Shown piece by piece: positions 10,234-20,476 of a DNA stretch of 64,000 bases (its first letter is position 1; every line of letters starts with the position of its first letter). Below the pieces are notes generated by a model. The model searched no databases and had not been told where the DNA came from. It saw nothing but the letters and a program-made list of their open reading frames with translations. The stretch comes from an uncultured SAR86 cluster bacterium (lineage in GTDB: Bacteria > Pseudomonadota > Gammaproteobacteria > Magnimaribacterales > D2472): contig CACDUZ010000004.1 of NCBI GenBank assembly GCA_902556105.1, positions 17,727 through 81,726 on the forward strand, written 5' to 3'. A program made the translations under genes and the position numbers.

Positions 10234-11430
10234 ATGAATGAACAAAAAATATTAGATTTAATTGGTCGTAAACGTGAGCTTTTTGAAGACGATATAAAAA
10301 CTCACAATAAAGAACTAAAAAAAATAATTTCTGCATCCTCCTTTCTTGTGATTGGTGGTGCTGGAGCGATAGGGCAAGCAGTCGTGAAGGAAATCTTTAA
10401 ACGGAATCCAAAAAAAATTCATGTCATTGACCTTAATGAAAATAATTTAACTGAGCTGGTAAGAGACCTAAGAAGCTCATATGGTTATATTGATGGAGAG
10501 TTCAATACTTTTGCTTTAGATGCTGGCTCAATTGAATACGATGCATTCATTCAGTCTGATGGTAAATATGATTATGTATTAAACCTAGCTGCATTAAAAC
10601 ACGTTCGTAGTGAAGAAGATCCTTACACATTAATGAGAATGATAGATGTCAATATTTTTAATACCGACAAGACAATCAAGCAATCAATTAAAAATTCAAC
10701 AAAAAAATATTTTTGTGTAAGCACTGACAAGGCTGCGAATCCAGTCAATATGATGGGTGCAAGCAAAAGAATAATGGAGATGTTTTTAATGCGAAGATCA
10801 AAGGATATCAGTATCTCAACTGCAAGATTTGCAAATGTAGCTTTTAGTGATGGTTCCTTATTACATGGATTTAATCAACGAATTTATAAAAGGCAACCAA
10901 TTGCCGCACCAAATGACATTAAACGTTATTTTGTCACTCCAAAAGAAAGTGGGGAGCTTTGTCTAATGAGTTGTATTTTTGGAAAAAATAGAGATGTATT
11001 TTTCCCAAAATTAAGTGAATCACTGCATCTTATATCTTTTTCTGACATTGCTATAAAATATTTGAAGTATAAGGGCTATGATGCTCATATATGTGATTCT
11101 GAAGAAGAGGCAAGAGAATTAATTAAAACTTTGCCTGAGCTTGGAAAATGGCCTTGTTTGTTTGCTAAAAGTGATACAACTGGAGAAAAAGATTTTGAAG
11201 AGTTCTATACAGATAAAGAAAATCTTGATATGGATAAATTTAAAAGTATAGGTGTCATAAAGAATAAGCCTGAATATGACAATAATAAGTTAGAGAATTT
11301 TGAATTTTTTATTGAGCAACTTAAACTTAAAAAAAGTTGGAACAAGAAAGAAATTATAAGAGAGTTTTTTAAAATCCTGCCAGGTTTTAGATACCTTGAT
11401 AGAGGCAAGTATCTTGATGGAAAGATGTAA
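10234..11430 (+). CDS. legB: NDP-GlcNAc 4,6-dehydratase (CapD/PglF/LegB type)
   Basis: 398 aa with GGAGAIGQ, LNLAALKHV and STDKAANPVNMMGASKR (Polysacc_synt_2 pattern). It is the first gene of a translationally coupled leg operon. Confidence 0.8.
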   Translation: MNEQKILDLIGRKRELFEDDIKTHNKELKKIISASSFLVIGGAGAIGQAVVKEIFKRNPKKIHVIDLNENNLTELVRDLRSSYGYIDGEFNTFALDAGSIEYDAFIQSDGKYDYVLNLAALKHVRSEEDPYTLMRMIDVNIFNTDKTIKQSIKNSTKKYFCVSTDKAANPVNMMGASKRIMEMFLMRRSKDISISTARFANVAFSDGSLLHGFNQRIYKRQPIAAPNDIKRYFVTPKESGELCLMSCIFGKNRDVFFPKLSESLHLISFSDIAIKYLKYKGYDAHICDSEEEARELIKTLPELGKWPCLFAKSDTTGEKDFEEFYTDKENLDMDKFKSIGVIKNKPEYDNNKLENFEFFIEQLKLKKSWNKKEIIREFFKILPGFRYLDRGKYLDGKM

Positions 11431-12569
11431 TGTTTGAAAATACTATTGAGTTCATTCAAGAAATATATAAATCAAAGGAGTTTATTCCTTTGCATGAGCC
11501 AAGGTTCTCTGGCAATGAAAAAAAATATATTAACGAATGCATTGATTCAACTTTTGTTTCATCGATTGGTAAGTATGTAGATGAATTTGAAGAAAAAATT
11601 GCAAAATATACAGGTGCAAAATTTGCTGTTGCAACCAGCAATGGAACTTCCGCACTTCATGTATCACTCTTGCTTGCAAATGTGAATCAAAATGATGAAG
11701 TTATAACTCAACCTTTGACCTTCATCGCTACCTGTAATGCAATTAGTTATTGTGGCGCACAACCAATATTTATTGATGTTGACAAAGATACAATGGGTTT
11801 ATCACCGGCCGCACTGAAATACTTTCTTAAAGACAATACAACTGTTAAAAATAAACAATGCATAAATAATATAACTGGTAGAGTAATTAAAGCATGTGTT
11901 CCAATGCATACTTATGGACACCCATGCAAAATAGACGAAATTAAACAAATTTGCGATGAACATCATATATTTTTAATTGAAGATGCTGCTGAAAGTGTTG
12001 GTAGTAAATATAAAGATAAGCATACTGGGACTTTTGGTCAATTAGGAGTTATGAGTTTTAATGGTAATAAAATTATTACATCAGGGGGTGGTGGATGTGT
12101 TGTTACAAATGATAAGATTCTTGCAAAAAAGGCTAAACACTTGACCACAACTGCGAAAGTGCCACATAAATGGGATTTTAACCATGATATGGTGGGTTAT
12201 AATTATCGAATGCCAAATATAAACGCAGCTTTGCTTGTTGCACAGCTTGAAAATCTAAATTATTTTCTTGAAAACAAGCGAAGGCTTGCTAAAACTTATG
12301 AAGAATTCTTCAAAACTCAAGAATATACTTTTTTTAAAGAACCAAAACTTAGTAAATCTAATTATTGGTTAAATACACTTCTTCTTAAAGATAAAAAACA
12401 ACGAGACAAATTTTTAAAAGAAACCAATTCAAGCAACGTAATGACACGTCCAGTATGGATAATGATGCATAAGCTTTCAATGTTTGAAAATGCTCAATGT
12501 GGGGATTTAACTAATTCAGAATGGTTGAATGATCGTGTTGTCAATATACCAAGCAGCGTAGTTGTATGA
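11430..12569 (+). CDS. legC: DegT/DnrJ/EryC1-family PLP aminotransferase
   Basis: 379 aa. The MSFNGNKIITSGGGG lysine block is typical of sugar aminotransferases. The start overlaps the legB stop as TAATG. Confidence 0.85.
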   Translation: MFENTIEFIQEIYKSKEFIPLHEPRFSGNEKKYINECIDSTFVSSIGKYVDEFEEKIAKYTGAKFAVATSNGTSALHVSLLLANVNQNDEVITQPLTFIATCNAISYCGAQPIFIDVDKDTMGLSPAALKYFLKDNTTVKNKQCINNITGRVIKACVPMHTYGHPCKIDEIKQICDEHHIFLIEDAAESVGSKYKDKHTGTFGQLGVMSFNGNKIITSGGGGCVVTNDKILAKKAKHLTTTAKVPHKWDFNHDMVGYNYRMPNINAALLVAQLENLNYFLENKRRLAKTYEEFFKTQEYTFFKEPKLSKSNYWLNTLLLKDKKQRDKFLKETNSSNVMTRPVWIMMHKLSMFENAQCGDLTNSEWLNDRVVNIPSSVVV

Positions 12570-13144
12570 ATAATATTGTATTGATCGGTGGCGGTGGACA
12601 TTGCAAATCAGTAATAGACATTATTGAGGAAGAAGGTAGATTCAAGATCGCAGGAATACTAGATAAGCATGAACTATTAGGAACTAAAATCTTAGGCTAT
12701 TCGGTTTTTGGAATTGATGCAGATATGCCAAAATTAGCAAAAAAATATAAATATGCACTTATAACAGTAGGTCAAATAAAATCACCATCTCTTAGAATCA
12801 AATTATTTAACTTAGCTGTTAAATCAGGATTTATTTTACCCACGATCATTTCCCCAAATGCATACGTGTCAAAGCATTCATCCATTGGAAACGGTGTTGT
12901 TGTGATGCACAATGCAGTCGTTAATGCAAATACATCAATAGGGAATAATTGTATTCTAAATTCTAAGGCACTTATCGAACATGATTGTGAAATATCTGAG
13001 CATTGTCACATTTCCACAAACGCAACCATAAATGGCGGTACTAGAATAGAATCGGGGTGTTTTGTTGGCAGTAATGTAACCACTAAAGAGTTAATTGTTA
13101 TAAGAAAGAACAGTTTTATCAAGGCTGGTAGTTTAGTTAAATGA
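12566..13144 (+). CDS. legH: Hexapeptide-repeat N-acetyltransferase (PglD/NeuD family)
   Basis: 192 aa. The N-terminus is NIVLIGGGGHCKSVIDI and the C-terminus carries left-handed beta-helix repeats. ATGA overlaps occur at both ends. Confidence 0.8.
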   Translation: MNNIVLIGGGGHCKSVIDIIEEEGRFKIAGILDKHELLGTKILGYSVFGIDADMPKLAKKYKYALITVGQIKSPSLRIKLFNLAVKSGFILPTIISPNAYVSKHSSIGNGVVVMHNAVVNANTSIGNNCILNSKALIEHDCEISEHCHISTNATINGGTRIESGCFVGSNVTTKELIVIRKNSFIKAGSLVK

Positions 13145-14136
13145 GTGTATTTATTATTGCCGAAGCTGGTGTCAATCATAATGGCTCAATTGATATAGCA
13201 AAAAAGCTCATTGATGTTGCCTCTGATGCTGGCGCAGATGCAGTTAAGTTTCAAACCTTTAAGGCAAAAGATTTAGTAAGTAAAATTGCTCAGAAAGCAG
13301 AATATCAAAAAAAAACCACAGATAAGACTGAGTCTCAATTTGACATGATAAAAAAATTAGAGCTCGATGCTAGAACACATGAAGATCTAATATCTTATTG
13401 TAAGAGCAAATATATAATCTTTTTATCAAGCCCCTTTGATATAGATAGCATAAATTTTTTGAATGATTTAGGTTTAGAGGTATTTAAAATACCAAGTGGT
13501 GAAATCACAAACCTTCCTTATTTAAGAGAAATTGGAAAGCTAAATAAAAAAGTAATTTTATCAACTGGAATGGCAAATATTGATGAAATACAGGATGCTT
13601 TAGATGTCCTTATATCTGAAGGAACAAAAAAAGAAAATATTACAGTACTTCATGCAAATACCATGTACCCAACACCCATGAAAGATGTAAATCTAAAAGC
13701 TATGATCACCATTGGAAATAAATTTGATATAGCTTTTGGTTATAGTGATCATACCTTGGGAATTGAAGTAGATATTGCAGCTGTTGCAATGGGCGCTCAA
13801 TGTATAGAAAAGCATTTTACACTTGATAACACTTTTGAAGGACCTGACCATAGAGCTAGTCTAGAGCCTGATGAATTAAAATCTATGATTAAAGCTATAA
13901 GAAATATTGAAAAGGCTCTAGGAAATGGTATTAAAAAACCATCAAGCAGTGAAAGTCCAAATATTCAAGTAGCTAGAAAGTCAATAGTCGCAAAAACAAA
14001 GATTAAAAAAGGCGATATTCTTAATGAGAAAAATCTTACAATAAAAAGGCCAGGCAACGGAATTAGTCCGATGAGATGGGATAAAATAGTCGGTACAATC
14101 GCAAGTAAAAATTACAGTGAAGACGAATTAATATGA
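13141..14136 (+). CDS. legI: Legionaminic acid synthase (NeuB family)
   Basis: AEAGVNHNGS, VKFQTF, YSDHT and GPDHRAS motifs plus a C-terminal SAF domain. Confidence 0.85.
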   Translation: MSVFIIAEAGVNHNGSIDIAKKLIDVASDAGADAVKFQTFKAKDLVSKIAQKAEYQKKTTDKTESQFDMIKKLELDARTHEDLISYCKSKYIIFLSSPFDIDSINFLNDLGLEVFKIPSGEITNLPYLREIGKLNKKVILSTGMANIDEIQDALDVLISEGTKKENITVLHANTMYPTPMKDVNLKAMITIGNKFDIAFGYSDHTLGIEVDIAAVAMGAQCIEKHFTLDNTFEGPDHRASLEPDELKSMIKAIRNIEKALGNGIKKPSSSESPNIQVARKSIVAKTKIKKGDILNEKNLTIKRPGNGISPMRWDKIVGTIASKNYSEDELI

Positions 14137-15296
14137 CTAAAAGAAAAGTATGCGTAATCACAGGAACGCGTGCTGAATATGGCTTGCTTTATTGGCTCAT
14201 AAAAGAAATTGAATCTGATCAAGAGCTCGCTCTTCAATTAATAGTTACAGGCATGCATTTAAGCCCTCAATTTGGATTAACTTACAAAGAAATTGAGAAA
14301 GAATTCAAGATAAATAAAAAGATAGATATTCTGTCTTCCTCAGATACTGATAAAGATATTTCAAAATCTATGGGTTTAGCACAAATATCTTTTGCAGAAA
14401 CTTTTGAGGAACTAAGACCAGATATTATTGTGGTTCTTGGAGATAGGTATGAGATTTTTAGTGCAGTTGCTGCAGGCATGATTGCAAGAATTCCAATAGC
14501 ACATATTCATGGTGGAGAATCTTCTGAAGGCGCAATTGATGAGGCTATTCGTCACAGCATCACAAAGATGAGCCATTTACATTTTACAGCCTCAGAAGAA
14601 TACAAGAATAGAGTCATCCAATTAGGTGAGGATCCTGAAAGAGTTTTCAATGTTGGTGGTATGGGCATTGAAAATATCAATAGATTAGAACTGCTAAGTA
14701 AAGATGAATTAGAAAAATCCTTAAATTTCAAACTTAATAAAAAAAATATATTAATTACTTTTCATCCTGCAACCCTTGAAAATAAAACATCAAAAACGCA
14801 GTTTAAAGAATTACTTGATGCTGTAGATGAGTTAGATGACACCAACATCATTGTAACAAAATCAAATAGTGACTCTGGTGGAAAAATAATTAATAAAATG
14901 ATTGATGATTATGTCGTTCAAAATAATCATAAGTCTATTGGATTTGCCTCATTGGGGCAGTTAAGATATTTAAGCGCTATGCAATATATCGATGCAATTG
15001 TTGGAAATAGTTCAAGTGGGCTTATAGAGGCACCGAGTTTTAAAATAGGTACTATAAATATAGGTGACAGGCAAAAAGGTCGTATTAAGGCAGATAGCGT
15101 GATTGATTGTTTGCCAAATAAGGAATCTATTAGAAATGCATTCAATATTTTATATTCTAAAAAATTTCAATCAGGATTGAAAACTATTCAAAATCCTTAT
15201 GATCAAGGAGATTCTAGTAAAAATGTAATTAAAGCTTTAAAAACTGATCTGTTGGATAATATATTAAAAAAATCATTCTATAATCTAAATTTTTAA
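14133..15296 (+). CDS. legG: Hydrolysing NDP-sugar 2-epimerase (NeuC family)
   Basis: 387 aa with KVCVITGTRAEYGLL, VLGDRYE and HIHGGE blocks. Confidence 0.85.
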   Translation: MTKRKVCVITGTRAEYGLLYWLIKEIESDQELALQLIVTGMHLSPQFGLTYKEIEKEFKINKKIDILSSSDTDKDISKSMGLAQISFAETFEELRPDIIVVLGDRYEIFSAVAAGMIARIPIAHIHGGESSEGAIDEAIRHSITKMSHLHFTASEEYKNRVIQLGEDPERVFNVGGMGIENINRLELLSKDELEKSLNFKLNKKNILITFHPATLENKTSKTQFKELLDAVDELDDTNIIVTKSNSDSGGKIINKMIDDYVVQNNHKSIGFASLGQLRYLSAMQYIDAIVGNSSSGLIEAPSFKIGTINIGDRQKGRIKADSVIDCLPNKESIRNAFNILYSKKFQSGLKTIQNPYDQGDSSKNVIKALKTDLLDNILKKSFYNLNF

Positions 15297-15297
15297 T

Positions 15298-16344
15298 ATG
15301 AAAGACATTCAAAATATAAAACTATCCAAAAACGCTTCAATTGAAGAAGCATTAAAAGTTATTGGAGATGGAGCTATGCAGATTGCTCTCGTAGTTGATA
15401 AGTCAGACAGGCTTATTGGAACTTTGACTGATGGGGATATTAGAAGAGGACTTTTAAAAGGTCTTGATTTAAAAAGCTCTATTGAATCTATCACTTTCAA
15501 GACACCAACTATTGCAAAAGAAAGTGACACAAAAGAAATGATTTTAAAGCTTGCAATTTCAAAGAAACTTAATCATATACCAATAATTGACGAAAGCGGA
15601 AAAGTTATTGGCATTCAAGAAATAAGTCAGCTTGTAATGCCTAATGAAAAGAAAAATAAAGTAATTTTGATGGTTGGTGGTCTTGGCGAAAGACTCGGAT
15701 CTCTTACAAAAGATACCCCGAAGCCAATGTTAAAAGTTGGAAATAAATCGATACTTGAAACTATAGTTGAGAATTTTAAAGGTTATGGATATACAAATAT
15801 AGTAATGTGCTTAAATTATAAATCAGAGATCATACAAGATTATTTTGGCGATGGAAGTGAGTTTGGTGTAAATATAGAATATATCGTAGAAGAAAAAAGA
15901 ATGGGTACTGCAGGAGCATTAAGTCTTTTAAAAGACAATTCAAAAGAACCATTTTTTGTCATGAATGGCGATTTGCTTACAAATGTAAATTTTGAAAAGA
16001 TACATGAATGTTATCTTTTAAATAATGCGCAAGCATTAATGTGCGTAAGAGAATATGAATCTCAAGTACCATATGGAGTAATAAACATTGAGAATACCAA
16101 GATAGTTTCAGTTGAAGAAAAACCTACTCAAAAATTTTTTGTAAATGCTGGGATTTATATGCTAAATCCAGAAGTCTTGAAGTATATTCCAAAAAACGAA
16201 TTCTATAATATGACAACCCTTTTTGAAAAACTAATAGATAAAGATAAAAATATAATTTCATTTCCCATTGATGGGTATTGGTTGGATATTGGCCGTTTTG
16301 AAGAATATAAAAAAGCCAATGAAGAATACAACGAAGTGTTTTAA
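15298..16344 (+). CDS. ptmE: CBS-domain nucleotidyltransferase (PtmE-like sugar-1-phosphate guanylyltransferase)
   Basis: An N-terminal CBS pair is followed by MVGGLGERLGSLTKDTPKPML, the NTP-transferase motif. Confidence 0.8.
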   Translation: MKDIQNIKLSKNASIEEALKVIGDGAMQIALVVDKSDRLIGTLTDGDIRRGLLKGLDLKSSIESITFKTPTIAKESDTKEMILKLAISKKLNHIPIIDESGKVIGIQEISQLVMPNEKKNKVILMVGGLGERLGSLTKDTPKPMLKVGNKSILETIVENFKGYGYTNIVMCLNYKSEIIQDYFGDGSEFGVNIEYIVEEKRMGTAGALSLLKDNSKEPFFVMNGDLLTNVNFEKIHECYLLNNAQALMCVREYESQVPYGVINIENTKIVSVEEKPTQKFFVNAGIYMLNPEVLKYIPKNEFYNMTTLFEKLIDKDKNIISFPIDGYWLDIGRFEEYKKANEEYNEVF

Positions 16345-17033
16345 TGTTCAAAAATAAAACTTTTTTAGCCATTATTCCTGCTAGAGGTGGAAGTAAAAGA
16401 CTGCCAAGAAAAAATATTTTAAATTTATGTGGAAAGCCACTCATTTCATGGAGCATCGAGGCTGGATTAAAAAGTAAATATATAGATAAAGTAGTGGTAT
16501 CAAGCGATGATACCGAGATTTTAAATATTTCAAATGAACTCAAAGTGCAAGTTATAAAGAGACCAGATGAACTTGCTAGTGATACTTCAACTTCATTTGA
16601 TGCAGTTAAGCATGCAATTGATAACTTGGAAAGTTATGAATATATTTTACTCCTCCAACCAACAAGCCCGCTAAGAAATGAAAATCACATAGATAAAGCA
16701 ATAGAGATTTTAGAAGAAAAAAATGCTGATGCAGTAGTAAGCGTGTGCGAGATGAATCATAATCTGTTATTGTCTAATACCTTAGATGATTCATTAAGTA
16801 TGGAAGGGTTTATAAGCGATAATTTATTAAATAATAGAAGTCAAGATCTTAAAAAACATTATAGATTAAATGGAGCAATATACCTTTGTAAAACTGATAA
16901 GCTTTTAAAAGAGAAAAGTTTTTTCTTAAAAAAGAATATTTTTGCATATGTTATGAATTCAAATAACTCTATAGACATAGATAGAAAGGAAGATTTTGAA
17001 TTAGCTAGTTTATACTTGTCTCAAAAACCATAA
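16344..17033 (+). CDS. legF: CMP-legionaminic acid synthetase (NeuA/CMP-NeuAc synthetase family)
   Basis: 229 aa with the AIIPARGGSKRLPRKN motif. The start overlaps the ptmE stop as TAATG. Confidence 0.85.
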   Translation: MFKNKTFLAIIPARGGSKRLPRKNILNLCGKPLISWSIEAGLKSKYIDKVVVSSDDTEILNISNELKVQVIKRPDELASDTSTSFDAVKHAIDNLESYEYILLLQPTSPLRNENHIDKAIEILEEKNADAVVSVCEMNHNLLLSNTLDDSLSMEGFISDNLLNNRSQDLKKHYRLNGAIYLCKTDKLLKEKSFFLKKNIFAYVMNSNNSIDIDRKEDFELASLYLSQKP

Positions 17034-17051
17034 TATAACACGGAGCCATAA

Positions 17052-18332
17052 ATGATCATAAAAGATTTAAAAAGTCTATTTGCTTCAATGCGTTATTTTT
17101 TAAAACTCATTTTTATTTCAAAAGAATATGATGTAGTTTTTGTAGGATCAGCATATTTTAACAGAGGAGAGAAGGGTGAGAACCTATTGTTTAAACCAAT
17201 GATCGAAAATTGTAAAAAAAATAATCTAAGTTATTTAGTGCTTGAGGATACTGATCTAAAAGGTGAATATGTGAAGTTTCCTAGATTTAAAGAATCAACC
17301 CCATTTGATTTCATATCACTTGTTCAGGTCATATTGAGAAAAATTTATAACTTAATTTATAAAAAACCAATAACTGAAGAGGAACTCTATATAAGAGAGT
17401 TCAAGACATCAAAGATTATAAAAAGATTATTTTTTACTAAATTTCGTTCAAAAATATATATAACTCTTTTATGGAATAATGTTACGTTATGGAGAAGAAT
17501 CAATCATGATGCTTGCGTGGTAGATTATCAACACGGCATTATCTGTGATGGCCATCCTAGATACATCAAAAATGGTCAACCTCCAAAAGTAAAATCATCT
17601 AATGATGTTTTTACATTAGTATATGGGGATGTGTTTAAAAGTATATTAATTAACAGCGATAAATCTAATTTTTATAATGAAGAGAATGTGATGAAGGTTG
17701 GCTTCAATAAAACTCTTAATAAACAAAAAAAACCAATTACAGGTAAAAAGAAAATAGTTTTTACTCTCCAAATAGTTCCTGATTATAATGAAGAAGACAA
17801 TAATTTATATATTAAAATTGTTCAAAAACTTATAAGTACAAATGCTAGTTTTTTATCTAAAAATAATTATGAAATTATTTTTAAACATCACCCAAGGCAC
17901 AACACAACAAATTGTCGAGATATACATATGAATCATGACTTTATAAGCTTTGATAATGAAACACCATTATCAGACTTATTGAGTAAAGCTTATATACACA
18001 TGACATTTCATTCCACTTCTGCTTTCGATGCAGCAATGATGAATATTCCTACAGTATTTATTGATATGCATGAAAAATTTTCACCAAATGAAAGTTTTAT
18101 CAAGCAATTTGAATATCCATATAAAGATTTAGTAGTAAAAGACTATAAAGATTTTGAACACATATTATCAAAATTAAATGCCAGCCATATTTATGAAAAA
18201 TTTTGTGATGATACTTACAAATGGGTCCAAGAACTCTATAGTGATTTTGATGAAACAGCATTTGAAAATTTTTTATTAGATCAAATTAGTACTGATAAAA
18301 ATGATGTTGGGAGTAGAACTTATCAGCAGTAG
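17052..18332 (+). CDS. Hypothetical protein, candidate GT-B transferase (possible legionaminyltransferase)
   Basis: 426 aa and soluble. KHHPRH (nt 17883-17900) is followed about 40 aa later by HSTSAFDAAMMNIP. This recalls the HP / S-S-x-F-D pattern of TagF-like enzymes and bacterial sialyltransferases. It sits directly after legF. Confidence 0.3.
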   Translation: MIIKDLKSLFASMRYFLKLIFISKEYDVVFVGSAYFNRGEKGENLLFKPMIENCKKNNLSYLVLEDTDLKGEYVKFPRFKESTPFDFISLVQVILRKIYNLIYKKPITEEELYIREFKTSKIIKRLFFTKFRSKIYITLLWNNVTLWRRINHDACVVDYQHGIICDGHPRYIKNGQPPKVKSSNDVFTLVYGDVFKSILINSDKSNFYNEENVMKVGFNKTLNKQKKPITGKKKIVFTLQIVPDYNEEDNNLYIKIVQKLISTNASFLSKNNYEIIFKHHPRHNTTNCRDIHMNHDFISFDNETPLSDLLSKAYIHMTFHSTSAFDAAMMNIPTVFIDMHEKFSPNESFIKQFEYPYKDLVVKDYKDFEHILSKLNASHIYEKFCDDTYKWVQELYSDFDETAFENFLLDQISTDKNDVGSRTYQQ

Positions 18333-19227
18333 CAAAACAAGCGTTATTATTACAACATTTAACGATGCCAAATTTTTAGAAAGATCAATACCCTCTGTAA
18401 TTAAGCAAAGTTTAAAACCTAAAGAAATAATCATCATTGATGATGGATCTTACAATGATAATGCAGAAAAAATTGTTAATTCATTTCGCAGTCATACAAG
18501 AATCCCTATAGTTTTTAATAAGAAAAAAAACGGAGGTCCATCAAGCGCAAGAAATGTTGGTATTAAATTAGCGAAAGGAGAATTTATTCTTTTTATTGAT
18601 GCTGACGATGAGTTATTAAAAGATTCTATCGAGTGGCGTCAAGAAATATTAAGTTCGTTAGACAAAAATTATGCATGTATTTACTGCAGTAAAATAAGGA
18701 TCACAGAGAATAATAAAAAAATTAAAGAAAAAGTTTTTGAAACTGATGGAAAGATAAACGTTTGTTTAGTTGGGCGTGATAAAGCTATTCCTGGCCAAAT
18801 AACTCATTATTTATTTCGAAGAGACATTCTTGTGAAAACAAAAGGATACAATGAATCATTAAAATTTAATGAAGATTTTGAATTGATTCTTTGCATTGCA
18901 AAAAAGTGGTTCTTCAAAGGAGTTAATAAAGTCGGTTTTATTCAATACATTCGAGAAGATTCATGGAGTAGGTTAGATCCATATATTTCATATTACGGAG
19001 TAGGTAAATTTCTTGAGGTAGCCGCAAGTAAAAAATTACTACCTTTAATTGAGATTAAACAACGAAAAAAAGAAAATAAACTTTCATTAGTTAAAAAGCT
19101 TTTATCTCAAAGAAATAAATGGAATGAAGCTATTCCATTTATAGATGAAGCATTTAATATAGCTAAACCGCAAAACATAAAAGAGTTGATGTTACTTTTT
19201 TTTAATAAAATTTTAAAAAAGCTGTAA
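18301..19227 (+). CDS. Family 2 glycosyltransferase
   Basis: VIITTFNDAKFLERSIPSVIKQS..IIIIDDGS..FIDADDE is the GT2 pattern. The exact start is uncertain because it overlaps the upstream gene by 32 nt. Confidence 0.8.
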   Translation: MMLGVELISSSKTSVIITTFNDAKFLERSIPSVIKQSLKPKEIIIIDDGSYNDNAEKIVNSFRSHTRIPIVFNKKKNGGPSSARNVGIKLAKGEFILFIDADDELLKDSIEWRQEILSSLDKNYACIYCSKIRITENNKKIKEKVFETDGKINVCLVGRDKAIPGQITHYLFRRDILVKTKGYNESLKFNEDFELILCIAKKWFFKGVNKVGFIQYIREDSWSRLDPYISYYGVGKFLEVAASKKLLPLIEIKQRKKENKLSLVKKLLSQRNKWNEAIPFIDEAFNIAKPQNIKELMLLFFNKILKKL

Positions 19228-19305
19228 TATCTTAAATGATTTAATGCAATCGATATGTATGATTTATCAAAAATATAGATTCTTTACTATCCAATAGGAA
19301 CATAG

Positions 19306-20433
19306 ATGAAAGTTTTACATATAATTACAGGTTTAAATAAAGGTGGTGCTGAAACTATATTATGTAATTTATGCCATTTTGATAATGAGCATAAACATAC
19401 AATTATTTCTTTATCTGATTTTCAAGAATCGGATCCAGTTCTCAGTCAGCTTGATGTTTCGGTATACTCTTTAAATTTTCCTAATGGAAAGATAAAAATA
19501 TCTGGTTTATATAGGCTATATAAGCTTATTAAAAAAATAAAACCAGATATTATTCAAACGTGGATGATTCATGCTGATTTAATTGGCGGACTAGTTGCTA
19601 GATTGGCTGGGATTAAGAATATTTTTTGGGGAGTTCATCATACTATTCTGCTTCGAGGAAAGGTTAAATTATCAACAATTTTTATTTTAAAATTTAATGC
19701 TTTTTTATCTGGCTTCATTCCAAAAAAAATTATCTACTGTGCTGAAAAATCGAGGTTAATTCAAGAATCAATTGGTTTTAAAAAATCTAAAGGCATAGTT
19801 ATACACAATGGTTATGATATTAAGAATTTTTTTTTAAGTAGCTCTCAGAGGGCAGGCTTCCGAGATGAGTTAAACATATCTGATGATGTATTTGTCATTG
19901 GGCATGTTGGAAGTTATGATCCTTTAAAAGACCAAAGGAGCTTAATTGAAGCTCTTGGATTATTGAAACAAAGATGTTGCGATTTTACTGCTGTACTTGT
20001 TGGAAAGAATCTTGATAATACTAATTATGATTTGGTGAACAAGATAGAGGAGAATGGGTTGAGTGATCATGTGCATTTACTTGGTGTAAGAAATGACATT
20101 CCTGCTGTCATGAATGGAATGGATTTATTTATGTTGACATCTTTATCTGAAGCCTTTCCAAATGTTCTTAATGAGGCAATGGCATGTGGAACTCCCTGTA
20201 TAACTACTAATGTTGGAGATGCTTCATTAATTGTTGATGACACTGGATGGGTTGTAACGCCAAAAGATCCTTTGGCTTTAGCTGAAGCTGTTATTGAAGC
20301 TTCAGATGAAAAACAATTCAATAATATTGATTGGCTTCAAAGAAAAGATGATTGCCACAAAAGAATTGCTAAAAACTTTGCTCTTGAAAAAATGGTTAAT
20401 AAATATAAAGAAGTTTGGAGTATTAATGATTAA
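19306..20433 (+). CDS. Family 4 (GT-B) glycosyltransferase
   Basis: The C-terminal block is SLSEAFPNVLNEAMACGTPCITTNVGD (EX7E type). Confidence 0.85.
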   Translation: MKVLHIITGLNKGGAETILCNLCHFDNEHKHTIISLSDFQESDPVLSQLDVSVYSLNFPNGKIKISGLYRLYKLIKKIKPDIIQTWMIHADLIGGLVARLAGIKNIFWGVHHTILLRGKVKLSTIFILKFNAFLSGFIPKKIIYCAEKSRLIQESIGFKKSKGIVIHNGYDIKNFFLSSSQRAGFRDELNISDDVFVIGHVGSYDPLKDQRSLIEALGLLKQRCCDFTAVLVGKNLDNTNYDLVNKIEENGLSDHVHLLGVRNDIPAVMNGMDLFMLTSLSEAFPNVLNEAMACGTPCITTNVGDASLIVDDTGWVVTPKDPLALAEAVIEASDEKQFNNIDWLQRKDDCHKRIAKNFALEKMVNKYKEVWSIND

Positions 20434-20476
20434 TGGCTTTAATTTAAATATCTTGTTATCAACAAGTATTCTATAA

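Noticed and set aside
13141-17033. NeuB/NeuC/NeuA-like genes as a plain sialic acid (Neu5Ac) pathway
   Set aside because: They are operonic with a 4,6-dehydratase, an aminotransferase, a hexapeptide acetyltransferase and a CBS-nucleotidyltransferase. That combination is the di-N-acetylated legionaminic acid route.
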